A stretch of DNA of 50,720 bases from Candidatus Nanoanaerosalina halalkaliphila (GCA_022729335.1 JALDAE010000002.1:1-50720); one strand, 5' to 3'; counted from the stretch's first letter, positions 19,068-29,411 are shown. Program-made: numbers and translations. Notes: generated from the letters alone by a model not told the origin.

Positions 19068-20213
19068 TTATTCTACTGCGCTTCTGTAAACATTTGAAGT
19101 ATCTTCAGCTACTTTATCCCACATGTAGTTCTCTTCAACGTGTTCCCTTGCATTGTTACCCATCCAGTTAGCCCAGTCAGGGTTGTTAAGCGCTCTAGTG
19201 ACCTGTTCTTTGATGGAGTTGGGGTCCTGTGGATAGGTGTGAAGCCCTGTGTACTCGTGGATCACCGTGTCTTTCATACCTCCCACGAAAGAAGCCACCG
19301 GAGGTGTCTTGCAAGCCGATGATTCAAGAGGTACAAGACCAAACGGCTCGTACACGGATGGGGCCGTGGTTACAAGAGAATTCTTCAGAAGAGAGACAAG
19401 ATCTTCCTCGGGTATGAACCCTGTGAAATGAACTTTGTCCCCTGCATATGACTTGGCCATCGACCTGTACTCTTCCAGGTTGCCGCTACCTGCAAAAACG
19501 AACTTTGCGTCGGGATGCTCGTCCAGTATCTTCGGCATCGCCTTTATGAGATAGCTGGGTCCTTTCTGAGGGTAAAGCCTTCCTAGAAAAGTAACTATTT
19601 CCTCGTGTGGAAGCGCGTAATCCGACCTATCGAAATCATCATTTCCTTTCTCGAATCTTTCAAGGTTTACTCCGTTGGGTATGTAATGTAGTTTTTCCTC
19701 AGGAACCTCGTAATCATGCTTAACTTCATTGTAAAGATCTCTTCCAACAGTTATTACCTGTGAAGCTTCATATGTACCGTACCACTCCAGCCTCTTTATT
19801 ACTCTCTGGTATTCGCTTGTTATACCGTCTCTTCCGGACTGTGTGGAGTGAACAGTGAACGCCATCGGTTTGCCCGTGGATTTCTTTATACCTGTGGCTC
19901 CGGGTACAGCCATCCAGTCATGTGCATGAACAAAATCAAATCCGTCGTAATGTTTCTCTAGCTCTATAGCTTTCCTCTCGGCCTCGAATCCAAACTGCAT
20001 AGCCCATGAAAGAGTGTTTGGAGCTGCATCGTTAGTTGTGATTCTATGTATTTCGACACCATCCCTTTTCTCATAACCAGGCGTCTCTCCCTGTGTGATG
20101 ACAATCGGCTCGTGACCGTTCTCGGCAAGTGTGGTTGCAAGATCTTCGCAGTGGTTAGCAATTCCTCCTGCTTTTATTGGTGGATACTCCCAGGTTATGA
20201 AAAGCGGTCTCAT
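19068..20213 (-). CDS. GT4 glycosyltransferase, glycogen-synthase-like
   Basis: WEYPP..AGG, HAHDW, GRL.PQKG, PSVYEPFGLVPLE; glycogen-cluster context. Confidence 0.88.
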   Translation of the reverse strand: MRPLFITWEYPPIKAGGIANHCEDLATTLAENGHEPIVITQGETPGYEKRDGVEIHRITTNDAAPNTLSWAMQFGFEAERKAIELEKHYDGFDFVHAHDWMAVPGATGIKKSTGKPMAFTVHSTQSGRDGITSEYQRVIKRLEWYGTYEASQVITVGRDLYNEVKHDYEVPEEKLHYIPNGVNLERFEKGNDDFDRSDYALPHEEIVTFLGRLYPQKGPSYLIKAMPKILDEHPDAKFVFAGSGNLEEYRSMAKSYAGDKVHFTGFIPEEDLVSLLKNSLVTTAPSVYEPFGLVPLESSACKTPPVASFVGGMKDTVIHEYTGLHTYPQDPNSIKEQVTRALNNPDWANWMGNNAREHVEENYMWDKVAEDTSNVYRSAVE

Positions 20214-20807
20214 TTATCCTTTCACCTCTCTGTAGACTCTTCTTGTTTCTTCCTGCCATTCCTCGGAGAAAGGACTTATCTTCTCGATTTTCTGGCCAGG
20301 AACATCAAGATCAAACAGAAGGGAGTTCTTGGTACCCTCGTTATTCGCGATTATTTTGTCCGCCTCATAACCTCCTTTCCACTCCATATCCGAAATAACA
20401 GCCGAATGCTGTCCTTCAAATCCTCTTTCGTTTTCAGTGGAATGTATAGTGGCAACAAGCGGTTTTTCAAGGTAGTTAGAAATAGTTACTCCAGAAGGTA
20501 CGCACACCCAGTCATTCACGTGTACGAGGTCGAAGCCTTCTTGCTCGAAAACCTCTCTGGACGCTCTTTTCATCTCATTGTTCATTATCATGGCCCAGTC
20601 GTATATGTTCTCGGCTTCAAAGTTAACATCGATCTTTTTTACCCTTACCTCATCCCTAACATCGAAGTCGGAGCCATCATTAAATCCGACCATAAAAACC
20701 TGGTCGCCCGAATCCACCAGATAGTTGGCGAGGTTCTTACAATACTCCGAAACTGCCTCCCCATCTCTTAAAAGCCTTGAAAGTATTAGTACGTTGATTT
20801 TAATCAC
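20214..20807 (-). CDS. Stand-alone GT4 N-terminal domain (half glycosyltransferase)
   Basis: HVNDW, ATIHSTE and MEWKGGYEA parallel the neighbouring GT4; no C-terminal EX7E domain. Confidence 0.75.
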   Translation of the reverse strand: MIKINVLILSRLLRDGEAVSEYCKNLANYLVDSGDQVFMVGFNDGSDFDVRDEVRVKKIDVNFEAENIYDWAMIMNNEMKRASREVFEQEGFDLVHVNDWVCVPSGVTISNYLEKPLVATIHSTENERGFEGQHSAVISDMEWKGGYEADKIIANNEGTKNSLLFDLDVPGQKIEKISPFSEEWQEETRRVYREVKG

Positions 20808-21966
20808 CTTCGAAGCGTTTCTGAATACCTATTTTTTTGCTTTTTTCTACATCCGGCTGGTTGAAAGGATTCAGTCCTCTAAAACCAGCGCTATAGTATG
20901 CTGTATACTGCAAGAGAGCAAGTAGCTCTCCACATGTTTCGGGACAAACTTTATCGATTTTCAGGTCAAAAGCAGGCATTTCTTCTGATTTCAGTGCCTC
21001 TCTTACACCTGAAAGCTCGGATCGGAGCGAATCAGCGAGGTCAGCTTCCTCGAATTCGGATAGTTGTCTCCCCCTAACGTTTACATCATTTAATTCTTCG
21101 TCTACCTTTAAAAATGTGCTTTCGTGCTCTTCGACATGGAACAGCATCGTGACCAGATCTTCCTTCCCTCCGAAAAGCCTCTGTATGGTGTGGTGTTGAC
21201 ACTCTGGCCCCACATCACCAAAAAAAGTCTGTCCTTTTCCATCCTTGCAGACGGTCTCATGCATCAGCTGCACAAGTAGAGGGTAAAATCCGAAAAGCTG
21301 TGTCGAATAAAAAGGCGTGAACACCTTGTCAAGTCCTCTCTGTTCGGCGGAGTAAAGAACGCTCGCTATCTTCTTGACATCATTTGAACTCTCCTGCTCC
21401 AACTTTCCATACATTTTCTCGGCTCCCTGCCTTATCCCTTCAAAATCAAAACCCATGAAGGCTGCAGGAACCAGGCCTGTTTCGGTTGCTCCGGTATACC
21501 TGCCGGAAATATCAGGATGCTCTATAAAATCAAAACCTTTTCTTTCGACTATCTCCCTGAGAGCGCCATCGTTGTCAGAAGTAACTGCAAATACAGGGAA
21601 TCCTTTCTCAACAAAGTGCATAAGATCCTCTATAACTCCAACGGTTTCTCCCGACTTGCTTATAGGCATTACAAGAGTTTCCTCCGGATCAAGCCTTTTT
21701 GATAATCCAGAGACTTTTTCGGGCTCCATAGTTGTCAGTATATGTGCCTCTTTGTCCTTTTTATCGCCAAGTGCTTCATTGTATGCTCTAAAAGAAGTTA
21801 CCGAACCTCCGTTTCCGATGACCACTAGGTCCTTGAAATCATGTTCCCGGGCTTTTCTTCTTATCTCCTCTATATCCGGGGAATAATCCGCAAAATCCGG
21901 TTTCTCCATGTTTAAGTCTTCTTTTTCGAATCCGCCGGTGTTGATAAATTCTATTTCAATCCCCAT
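20800..21966 (-). CDS. pgi: Glucose-6-phosphate isomerase (SIS fold)
   Basis: VIGNGGS, ISKSGETV, ISGRY, QLMHETVCK, NPFNQPDVEKSK. Confidence 0.88.
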   Translation of the reverse strand: MGIEIEFINTGGFEKEDLNMEKPDFADYSPDIEEIRRKAREHDFKDLVVIGNGGSVTSFRAYNEALGDKKDKEAHILTTMEPEKVSGLSKRLDPEETLVMPISKSGETVGVIEDLMHFVEKGFPVFAVTSDNDGALREIVERKGFDFIEHPDISGRYTGATETGLVPAAFMGFDFEGIRQGAEKMYGKLEQESSNDVKKIASVLYSAEQRGLDKVFTPFYSTQLFGFYPLLVQLMHETVCKDGKGQTFFGDVGPECQHHTIQRLFGGKEDLVTMLFHVEEHESTFLKVDEELNDVNVRGRQLSEFEEADLADSLRSELSGVREALKSEEMPAFDLKIDKVCPETCGELLALLQYTAYYSAGFRGLNPFNQPDVEKSKKIGIQKRFEGD

Positions 21967-23803
21967 TTTTTTCCCTCCTCAGAGCCATTTCATGGGCCTC
22001 GTAGTAATTCTCGATCATCTTGGTCCAGGAGGTTAACTGCACCATCTTTCTCGCATTGTGTTTTCTCTCGGTTATCTCGGTTTTCGAATAGTTCACGAAA
22101 TCCTCGATCTTTCCAGCAAGGTTATCGACAAAACTGTCGTAGGACACGTCTTTCCTGCGTATCACCTCTATACCTGGTTTTTCCATGTCCGCGTGTTCAA
22201 GCAGGAACTGTCCGAAACCCGCAAGATCAGTCGTTATAGAGAGACATCCGCTTGCAGCAGTTTCTACAGGAGTGTAACCCCATGGCTCGTAGTAGCTCGG
22301 AAATATTCCTGCGCTTGTGGCTTTTATAGCGTCCTCGTAGGACATGGAAAGCATCTTGTCCCCTCTTGAGAGGTATGTCGGGTAGAACACAACTTTGACC
22401 CTGTCATCCTCCCTGTTCTCAAGGCCGTTTTCTCTTAGCCTTTCAAGCACGTCATCGTTATCGTAGTTAAGCGTGTAGGCGCATAGAGGCGGAATACCTC
22501 CTCTTTTTTCGTGAAAGTTCTGCCTTATAACTTCCAGTTCGTGAGAGTCCGAAAGCCAGTCCTTCACAAACTTCTCCGCGTTCTCTCCAGAGGTAATCTT
22601 GTCCAGTAACTCTGTTTTAAGATCCGGCAAAATAGAGTCGATGTAATCCTCGAGCTCATCGTAAAGGGACATGTTTTCAAGCACGTCAAGCCTCTCTCCC
22701 CTTACATCGGCCGGGACAAATATGAATACAAAGAAGTCATCTCCCTCTTTTTCGTTCAGCTTCCCCAGAGAGTCTATAAATGCGTCCAGACCCTTGTTGT
22801 GGAACTCGTATCTCCCGGATATGAACAGTATTCTGGGGTCGTTGTCGAGATCGATCTTGTAGTATGGTTCGAAATACGCTCTAAGAAACTTTTTCATCCT
22901 TTTCTTCTTTTTCTTGTGCTGGTAGGATAATTCCTCGAGGCTCGGGAACTCCTCGACGTTAAATCCATTGGGCAAAACTTTATCGGGCTCAACTCCAAGA
23001 ACAGCATCAGCTTCCCTGGCAGTTACATCGGAAACTGTTGTGAAAACATCCGCATCCATGGCTCCCGCCTTCTCAACCTGGTGCCTTGATTTTACACCGT
23101 ACTCTTCGGCAATTGATTCTCCAAAGCTTTTCTCCATCTTGCTAAGTCTTGTATACCTGTGTTTAACGTCTTCAGCTATTTCTTCCTGTGACTCGGCATC
23201 CTCCACCATAGAAACAACGTCCCGGCCCGCGTTAGACAGTGCTCTTCCAAGGACTGTTGCATGAGTCGTGAAAACGCTCGGTATGTCTGTCTCGAATATT
23301 GCAGGTGCCGAAAGCCATTCATGAGCATGGAGAACGGTGTTTCCCTCGAACTTTTCGGAAAGTTTCTGGACAAGTTTGCCCACGGCAAAAGCCCATTTCA
23401 CAGGGTCCTCAAACATGGGGCCTGAATTCAAAGAATCAATCTTGTAATCCTCCCAGAGCTCTGCTTTTATCTCATTAACATCTTTTTTAAGATCTGATGC
23501 ATCAACAAGGATACATTCAGGACTGTAAGGTAGTTTCCAAACTCCGTGAGTGCATTTTATTCCGTACTCTTCTTCAAGTTCGTCAAATATTTCCTTAAAA
23601 TCATGCGTGGATCGCTTTGCAAAATCTTTTCTGGCATTTTCCTCGTCGTAATATCCTATGGTGAGGTAGTTATCACCATACATTTTCTTCATCTGGCAGG
23701 CCTTTGATTTTAGAACCTGATATATGCCTCCTACCTTGTTGGCCACTTCATAGGAAACCTCAACGAGGTTATCTGGAGTATTATATTTATCTTTTCCGGA
23801 CAT
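21956..23803 (-). CDS. GT3 (eukaryote/Bacteroidetes-type) glycogen synthase
   Basis: EVSYEVANKVGGIY, HAHEW, FTTHATVLGR, GRYEFHNKG, FPSYYEPWGYTPVE. Confidence 0.92.
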   Translation of the reverse strand: MSGKDKYNTPDNLVEVSYEVANKVGGIYQVLKSKACQMKKMYGDNYLTIGYYDEENARKDFAKRSTHDFKEIFDELEEEYGIKCTHGVWKLPYSPECILVDASDLKKDVNEIKAELWEDYKIDSLNSGPMFEDPVKWAFAVGKLVQKLSEKFEGNTVLHAHEWLSAPAIFETDIPSVFTTHATVLGRALSNAGRDVVSMVEDAESQEEIAEDVKHRYTRLSKMEKSFGESIAEEYGVKSRHQVEKAGAMDADVFTTVSDVTAREADAVLGVEPDKVLPNGFNVEEFPSLEELSYQHKKKKKRMKKFLRAYFEPYYKIDLDNDPRILFISGRYEFHNKGLDAFIDSLGKLNEKEGDDFFVFIFVPADVRGERLDVLENMSLYDELEDYIDSILPDLKTELLDKITSGENAEKFVKDWLSDSHELEVIRQNFHEKRGGIPPLCAYTLNYDNDDVLERLRENGLENREDDRVKVVFYPTYLSRGDKMLSMSYEDAIKATSAGIFPSYYEPWGYTPVETAASGCLSITTDLAGFGQFLLEHADMEKPGIEVIRRKDVSYDSFVDNLAGKIEDFVNYSKTEITERKHNARKMVQLTSWTKMIENYYEAHEMALRREKNGD

Positions 23804-23921
23804 ATATACATTGATACCGGTTTTAAGTTAAAAATTTATCCAAAAAAATGCTGTAAAAGATGTTATGACCTTTATTTAGTAAATACAAAATTTATAATGT
23901 ATCGTCACAATTTGTTTATAT

Positions 23922-25682
23922 ATGGACTATACAATTGAAGAAGATTTCCAGGAGTACTGCGGAACTATCTCCAACATGCACGGCTTCCTTCACAGGTATC
24001 TGGACACAGGTTTTAAAACGAAATGGGCGGGTTACTGGGTGCCTCCAAACAAGTTTATGGACTACTATGCTTTCGAGGTCAACGGAAAATGGTTATCTCC
24101 AGAAACTCTTGTAAAGACAGAATACGGCGACAAAATAATTTATCATCATAATCTAGGAAGTTTAAGAGTGAAGGAGATAGTGGAAACGCCCGAAGAACTG
24201 CCTGGTTTTAGGGTCACCCTTGAATTCGAAAATTTGACTCCGGAACCAAAAGCCGTGTATACAAAGATCGAGCTGGGTGTGGATATCAGACACAAGTCCG
24301 AGGATGTTGAAAACCCTGGCTACAAGACGGAGTTCTCCAAGAAAAAGCTTCTTGTTGAGTCTTACGGCAGGCACCTTCTAATGAGTTCCGAGAAACCCAT
24401 GAAAATGAAGGGAAAAGAAAGAACCAGAGAACACCACCCTGGAGAAAGACAGGTATGTATGGTGCCCGGAGAACAACACTTCAAAGTAGAACTGGGACCT
24501 GAAAAAACAGGGAAGAACGTTCTTGAATTTACGACAAACGATCAAAGGTTCGGAAAGCTGGACGAAAAAGAGAACGATGTAGAACTTGGAAATAATAATG
24601 ATATGCTGGAAAGAGCGTTCCAGTGCTCTGAAGAAAGCCTAAGAAATCTTGTTTATGATAGAGAAGGTAAGGGTGTTATTGCCGGTCACCCCTGGTTCCA
24701 AGAGTACTGGAGCAGAGATGCCTACTGGTCCTTGATGGGTCTGATCGACCTTGGTTATTTCGAGCTTTCCAAAAAAATACTTCACAACTTTGCGGTGCAG
24801 GAAGGATTTCCAAACCAGATAACATTTGATGAGGGCAAAGCCGGTTATCTGGGAGAGGACGTGCCTCCTCTATTCATCATAGCGGCCGAAGAGCTAAAGA
24901 AGTACCACCACGTTACAGATGAAACCGAAGAAAAAGAGATGGAGGCATTGAAACACCTAAAAATTGGGGAAGGCAACGTGGTGACCCATAAACCGGAAGG
25001 AACATGGATGGACACGCTTGAAAGAGACAGAGCGATTGATATACACTCTCTATGGCTGGAAGCAGTTGAAAGGCTTGGAGCCACATCAAAAGAGATACTT
25101 CAAAGAGGAATGGAAAAATTCAGGGAAGGTGATATACTGAAAGATTGTTTGGAAGAAAAAAAAGTCGCTGTAAACAGCGCTATTCCTCTAATGTTCGGCC
25201 ATTTCGAAGACGAAAAACTTGTTGAAAAATTAAACTCCTGTCTAAAAACTGATTACGGTGCTGCCACTCTTTCCACCAAGGACAGCGAATACAGTCCAGA
25301 AGGATACCATACAGGATCAACATGGGGTCTTACAACAGGATGGCTCGCCGCTGCAAACCTGAAGAACGGAAAGTTGGATGAAGGCCTTGAAATACTGTCC
25401 AGATTTGCAGAGACAGTTGAACAAGATCAGCCGGGAGCACTACCAGAAGTTATCAACTCGGAAACAGGAGAAAACATAGGATGTGTGGAACAGGCCTGGA
25501 GCGCATCTATGGTAATCCATGTTATCGACAGATACCTTTTTGGAATAGATGTTAAAGATGGGGAACTTGTTGCAGATCCCGTGGACGGATTCACAGGTAA
25601 AAGAAAATACAAGAGATTCAAGAACAATCTCTACCATGTAAGGGTTCAGGACGGAGATGCAAGGATAGACAAGGTGGTATGA
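23922..25682 (+). CDS. Amylo-alpha-1,6-glucosidase (glycogen debranching, GH133-like)
   Basis: IAGHPWF..YWSRD, TWMDT, YHTGSTW, LPE, QAWS. Confidence 0.88.
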   Translation: MDYTIEEDFQEYCGTISNMHGFLHRYLDTGFKTKWAGYWVPPNKFMDYYAFEVNGKWLSPETLVKTEYGDKIIYHHNLGSLRVKEIVETPEELPGFRVTLEFENLTPEPKAVYTKIELGVDIRHKSEDVENPGYKTEFSKKKLLVESYGRHLLMSSEKPMKMKGKERTREHHPGERQVCMVPGEQHFKVELGPEKTGKNVLEFTTNDQRFGKLDEKENDVELGNNNDMLERAFQCSEESLRNLVYDREGKGVIAGHPWFQEYWSRDAYWSLMGLIDLGYFELSKKILHNFAVQEGFPNQITFDEGKAGYLGEDVPPLFIIAAEELKKYHHVTDETEEKEMEALKHLKIGEGNVVTHKPEGTWMDTLERDRAIDIHSLWLEAVERLGATSKEILQRGMEKFREGDILKDCLEEKKVAVNSAIPLMFGHFEDEKLVEKLNSCLKTDYGAATLSTKDSEYSPEGYHTGSTWGLTTGWLAAANLKNGKLDEGLEILSRFAETVEQDQPGALPEVINSETGENIGCVEQAWSASMVIHVIDRYLFGIDVKDGELVADPVDGFTGKRKYKRFKNNLYHVRVQDGDARIDKVV

Positions 25683-26890
25683 GGTTGGACTGGAAGAAAA
25701 AGTACGTTGAAGTGGCCAGAAATTTTTCTGTGGATAGAGAAAAAACATTTCTTTCGGGTTTCAACGCCAACATAGACAGGGTTTTCAGGGCGGATGAAGT
25801 TCTGACCAGAAATCCGGAGGAAGAGGATCTAGGATCAATTGAATCATATGAAGACTTGTTGAAAGTTCTCAAATACTGCAAAGAAAACGGAAAAAACAAG
25901 GAAATCGATATAGAGAGTTATAAACCCGAAATAGAAGGAGGAGAGACGTATATAGGCGGGCAGGGAGGTATTGTATCCACGTTTTGCTCCCGGATCGGAA
26001 CCGATTCCGTGATTTACACTCCTTTTATCTCGGAAAAGCTATCTGAAGCCATGGACAGTGATATAAAAACAAAGAGCTGTGAAGAAAACAGTTTTACGTA
26101 TATAGAAAATGCATTAAACTCGGAAAAGACGAAAGAAAATATGATTTTTGAGTTTCAGGGAGATAAAACAGGCAGATTGATACTTTCAGACAGCTTAGAA
26201 GGTTTTGAACCTGTATTCATGGAGGATGATGACTTCCTTGACTTTATAGATGAAAAAGTTGACCGGTTTTTCTTCTCGGGCTTTCATCACATAAGCAACG
26301 AAGAAATAGATACAGCAAAAGAACAGCTAAAATATCTTGATACGTCCATACACCTTGAATACGTTTACAATGATGAAGATAAGGCTAGAAAGATTGTAAA
26401 TAATATTTTTCCTTTTGTTGAAAGTATCGGATGTGACGGAGATGAGATGGAACAAATAATGGAAGTTAAAGGCATGGAAAAACCCCAGAACACCAGGGAG
26501 TACATTGAAAAGATGGAAAAGATAGCAAGAGACTCCGGTATCGAAAGGTTTCATGTCCACACCTACAATTTCCACATGTGCATGGTGAGGAAAGGCTACG
26601 GAATAGATGTGGAGAGAGTTCTGGATTCGATGTTGTTCGGAGAATTATGCGCAATAGCTTCTGCAGATAAAGGAGACATACCTTACCTGGAAGATATCAG
26701 AAATTTTTCTATGAACAACAAACACCTGAAGGGAGAAGGAAAGGTTAGAAGGATCTCCGATAACGGCATAATAGAAAAAGAGGATTTCTATGTTCTGATG
26801 ATCCCGATCATAATACATGAGAAGCCGGAAAGGCTAGTAGGTCTTGGCGACCTTATCTCCTCGGGAAGTTTTTTCTCCGAGGTTTTCTAA
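25679..26890 (+). CDS. ADP-dependent glucokinase/phosphofructokinase
   Basis: GFNANID, IGGQGG, FSGFH, IHLE, HVHT, VGLGDLISSG. Confidence 0.9.
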   Translation: MRLDWKKKYVEVARNFSVDREKTFLSGFNANIDRVFRADEVLTRNPEEEDLGSIESYEDLLKVLKYCKENGKNKEIDIESYKPEIEGGETYIGGQGGIVSTFCSRIGTDSVIYTPFISEKLSEAMDSDIKTKSCEENSFTYIENALNSEKTKENMIFEFQGDKTGRLILSDSLEGFEPVFMEDDDFLDFIDEKVDRFFFSGFHHISNEEIDTAKEQLKYLDTSIHLEYVYNDEDKARKIVNNIFPFVESIGCDGDEMEQIMEVKGMEKPQNTREYIEKMEKIARDSGIERFHVHTYNFHMCMVRKGYGIDVERVLDSMLFGELCAIASADKGDIPYLEDIRNFSMNNKHLKGEGKVRRISDNGIIEKEDFYVLMIPIIIHEKPERLVGLGDLISSGSFFSEVF

Positions 26891-27408
26891 GTCCAGTAAT
26901 CCTCCAAAACATCTTTTTTCTCGATATATCCTTCCTGTGTATCTTCTAATGTCTCTTTCATAACCTTCGTGTCCAGAGCTGTTTCCATAAAACCTCTGTC
27001 TTTTTCATAGATAGGTACCAGCTGAACGTGGAGGTGCGGAATTGATTCTCCGGCTGCTTCTCCTAGATTTATGCCTACATTAATTCCTGCAGGATCTCTT
27101 ACTTTTCTCTGAAGTTCTTCCACTTTTTGGACCATTGCAAAAAGCCTGTCACGTTCCTCGTCTTCCAGCTCGGTCAGGGAATTTACGTGTTTCTTGGGAA
27201 CAACCATCAGGTGGCCTGTGTTATAGGGAAAAATGTTCAGAATAACCATCAGAAAATCATCTTCAAATACGGAAAGCTTTGTGACTCTTTCGTCTCCTTT
27301 TGCCTGAGCACAGAACACACAGTCAATATCTTCAGGGATCTCGGCAACCTCATATTTTTTTCTCTCGGGACTCCATAGATAGGTCTCGTACGGATGTGTG
27401 TCTGACAT
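26887..27408 (-). CDS. HIT-superfamily nucleotide hydrolase/transferase with an HxHxQ motif
   Basis: CVFC, NIFPYNTGHLMVVP, GINLGEAAG, HLHVQLVP. Confidence 0.85.
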   Translation of the reverse strand: MSDTHPYETYLWSPERKKYEVAEIPEDIDCVFCAQAKGDERVTKLSVFEDDFLMVILNIFPYNTGHLMVVPKKHVNSLTELEDEERDRLFAMVQKVEELQRKVRDPAGINVGINLGEAAGESIPHLHVQLVPIYEKDRGFMETALDTKVMKETLEDTQEGYIEKKDVLEDYWT

Positions 27409-27422
27409 TTAAACCACCTGTT

Positions 27423-28181
27423 CTAGTCGAAGAACCTCAGGAATCCGTTTTTCATTTTTTCCACGGGACTCCTTTTAGGAGGTTCCTGCCCAAGTAATTT
27501 GTGAGAAACATCTTCAACTGATTCAACTACTTTTGAATAAGGCTTGTGGTGTACAAGAGGTTCTCCATGTGCTATGGATTCTCTAACATAGTTGCAGTGA
27601 GGTACTTCTCCGATGATGTCCTCACCTATCTTTTCGGCCACAACATCGTGTTTCAGTTCCAGATGGTCGTCAAATACCTGGTTAAGGACAATGCCCTGTA
27701 CATCTACATCTAGCTTCTTGGCCAGTTCACGGGTAACCTTTGCGTTATCTACTGCCGGATACATAGGCCTTGAAACTATAACAGCTTCGTTACTTGCTTC
27801 AAGAGCTCTTTGAACAGGTCTTTTTGCTCCTGGTGGGCTGTCAATAATAACAAAATCTTTCTGACCCAGAAAATCCAAGATAGCGTGCTTCAGATGGTTG
27901 GAATCCAGAGAGTAATCCTCGAAATCTGCAGGCAAAACTGATACTCCTGACTTGTGCCGGTAAACTGCCTGTGTGATGTATGCATCTCCCTTTACAACAT
28001 CGTTCAAGGTTGCACTAGATGCATCAAGTCCAAAATGCCTTGAAATATTTGCTCCGGAAAAATCTCCGTCGATTAGCGCAACTCTCTCGCCTTTTTCGGC
28101 CAGTGAAACGGCCAGGTTTGTCGAAAAAGTTGTCTTTCCCACTCCACCTTTTCCCGACACAATTGAGAGTACTCTTGTCAT
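27423..28181 (-). CDS. minD: MinD/ParA-family ATPase
   Basis: SGKGGVGKTT deviant Walker A, LIDGD, IIDSPPG, VRESIAHGEP; amphipathic C-terminus. Confidence 0.85.
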   Translation of the reverse strand: MTRVLSIVSGKGGVGKTTFSTNLAVSLAEKGERVALIDGDFSGANISRHFGLDASSATLNDVVKGDAYITQAVYRHKSGVSVLPADFEDYSLDSNHLKHAILDFLGQKDFVIIDSPPGAKRPVQRALEASNEAVIVSRPMYPAVDNAKVTRELAKKLDVDVQGIVLNQVFDDHLELKHDVVAEKIGEDIIGEVPHCNYVRESIAHGEPLVHHKPYSKVVESVEDVSHKLLGQEPPKRSPVEKMKNGFLRFFD

Positions 28182-28217
28182 GTATTACTTATTGTAGCCC
28201 ATTAGTTAAAAACTTTA

Positions 28218-29411
28218 TTAGGAATATTTTTCCAGCGCACTGATCACCGGGAGTTGCTCTCCGCTCATGAACCTGACAAAAGCTCCACCGGCAATGGACA
28301 CGTGAGAGAAATCATCGACAGAAAACTCTGATTCGCTAAGGAGTGTGGATGTATGGCCTCCTCCCAGCAAGGTAAATCCATTGCACAGAGTAACAGCCTT
28401 TAAAACACTTAATGATCCCTCTCTATAACCTTCTTCATATGCTCCCATGGGACCTTTCATTATAACTGATTCAGCGCTTCTTATGATAGCCCTGTATTTT
28501 TCAGCGGTTTCAGGACCTATATCCCATACCATTTCAGTACCGTCAAGTTTTTCAACGTCCACCTTGCCCTTCTCATTTCTTATATCAACGGGAAGAACAA
28601 ATTTGTCCTCGTGTTCTTTAAGAATGTCGAAAAACTCTTTCTCGCCTTCGTTCAGCCCTCTTTCTTTTATCCAGCCGTACTTTTTCTCGAGATCCTTGCC
28701 TTTCAATTTGAGAGCTATCTCGCCAGGTATACCTCCAAGAAGAACCTTTTCTGCTTTTTCGATCATGTTTTCCAGTACTTTGACCAGGTCGGCGGGTTTT
28801 GCTCCTCCCAAAACCAGAACAGGGTTCTCAACAGCATCTCTTGCTTTAGAGCATTCTTTAATTTCTCTGGCCATGAGAGGACCTGCACAGGTTTCAAGAT
28901 TTTTCATAAAGCCCATCATAGATCCATGTGGTCGATGTGCGACCGAAAAAGCATCGTTAACAAATAAGTCGAAATGTCTCTGAAGCTTTTTTACAAATAT
29001 GTTTTCCGAGTGTTTCTCAACTGTTTCGTTCCTAAGTTCCTCGGAAAGAAATCGGGCGTTTTCAAAAAGAGCGATATCGCCGTTAGTCATTTCCTCTATT
29101 TTCTCTTCAGGTTCCTGGCCAAAGAAAGAGGCTATGAACTTTACTTCTTTACCTATCTCTTTTTCAAGGAGAGATACATGATTTTCAAGCGACATAAAAT
29201 CCTTGTCGCCTGGTCTTCCCTGGTGAGCCATCAACACAACCTTGGCCCCTCTATCAGATAGCTCTTTTATTGATTCGGAATACCTTTCAAGTCTCAAGTT
29301 TTTTACAGGTCTGTTTTCCTCTATGGGAAGGTTCAGGTCAGACCTGACCAGGACTTTCTTGCCTTCAACATCCTCATCAGATACGTTTTTCATATTATCA
29401 CATCTCGTCAA
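28218..29411 (-). CDS. pgk: Phosphoglycerate kinase
   Basis: VRSDLNLP, AHQGRP, ENARF, VNDAFS, LGGAK, DIGPET, GGGHT, SIAGGA. Confidence 0.95.
   Translation of the reverse strand: MTRCDNMKNVSDEDVEGKKVLVRSDLNLPIEENRPVKNLRLERYSESIKELSDRGAKVVLMAHQGRPGDKDFMSLENHVSLLEKEIGKEVKFIASFFGQEPEEKIEEMTNGDIALFENARFLSEELRNETVEKHSENIFVKKLQRHFDLFVNDAFSVAHRPHGSMMGFMKNLETCAGPLMAREIKECSKARDAVENPVLVLGGAKPADLVKVLENMIEKAEKVLLGGIPGEIALKLKGKDLEKKYGWIKERGLNEGEKEFFDILKEHEDKFVLPVDIRNEKGKVDVEKLDGTEMVWDIGPETAEKYRAIIRSAESVIMKGPMGAYEEGYREGSLSVLKAVTLCNGFTLLGGGHTSTLLSESEFSVDDFSHVSIAGGAFVRFMSGEQLPVISALEKYS

Noticed and set aside
3575..19200. Identical 13-mer AAGCGCTCTAGTG at 3575 and 19188, resembling a half-site of the palindrome array
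   Set aside because: Both copies are inside coding regions and only half-sites; 13-mer coincidences are expected in 50 kb.
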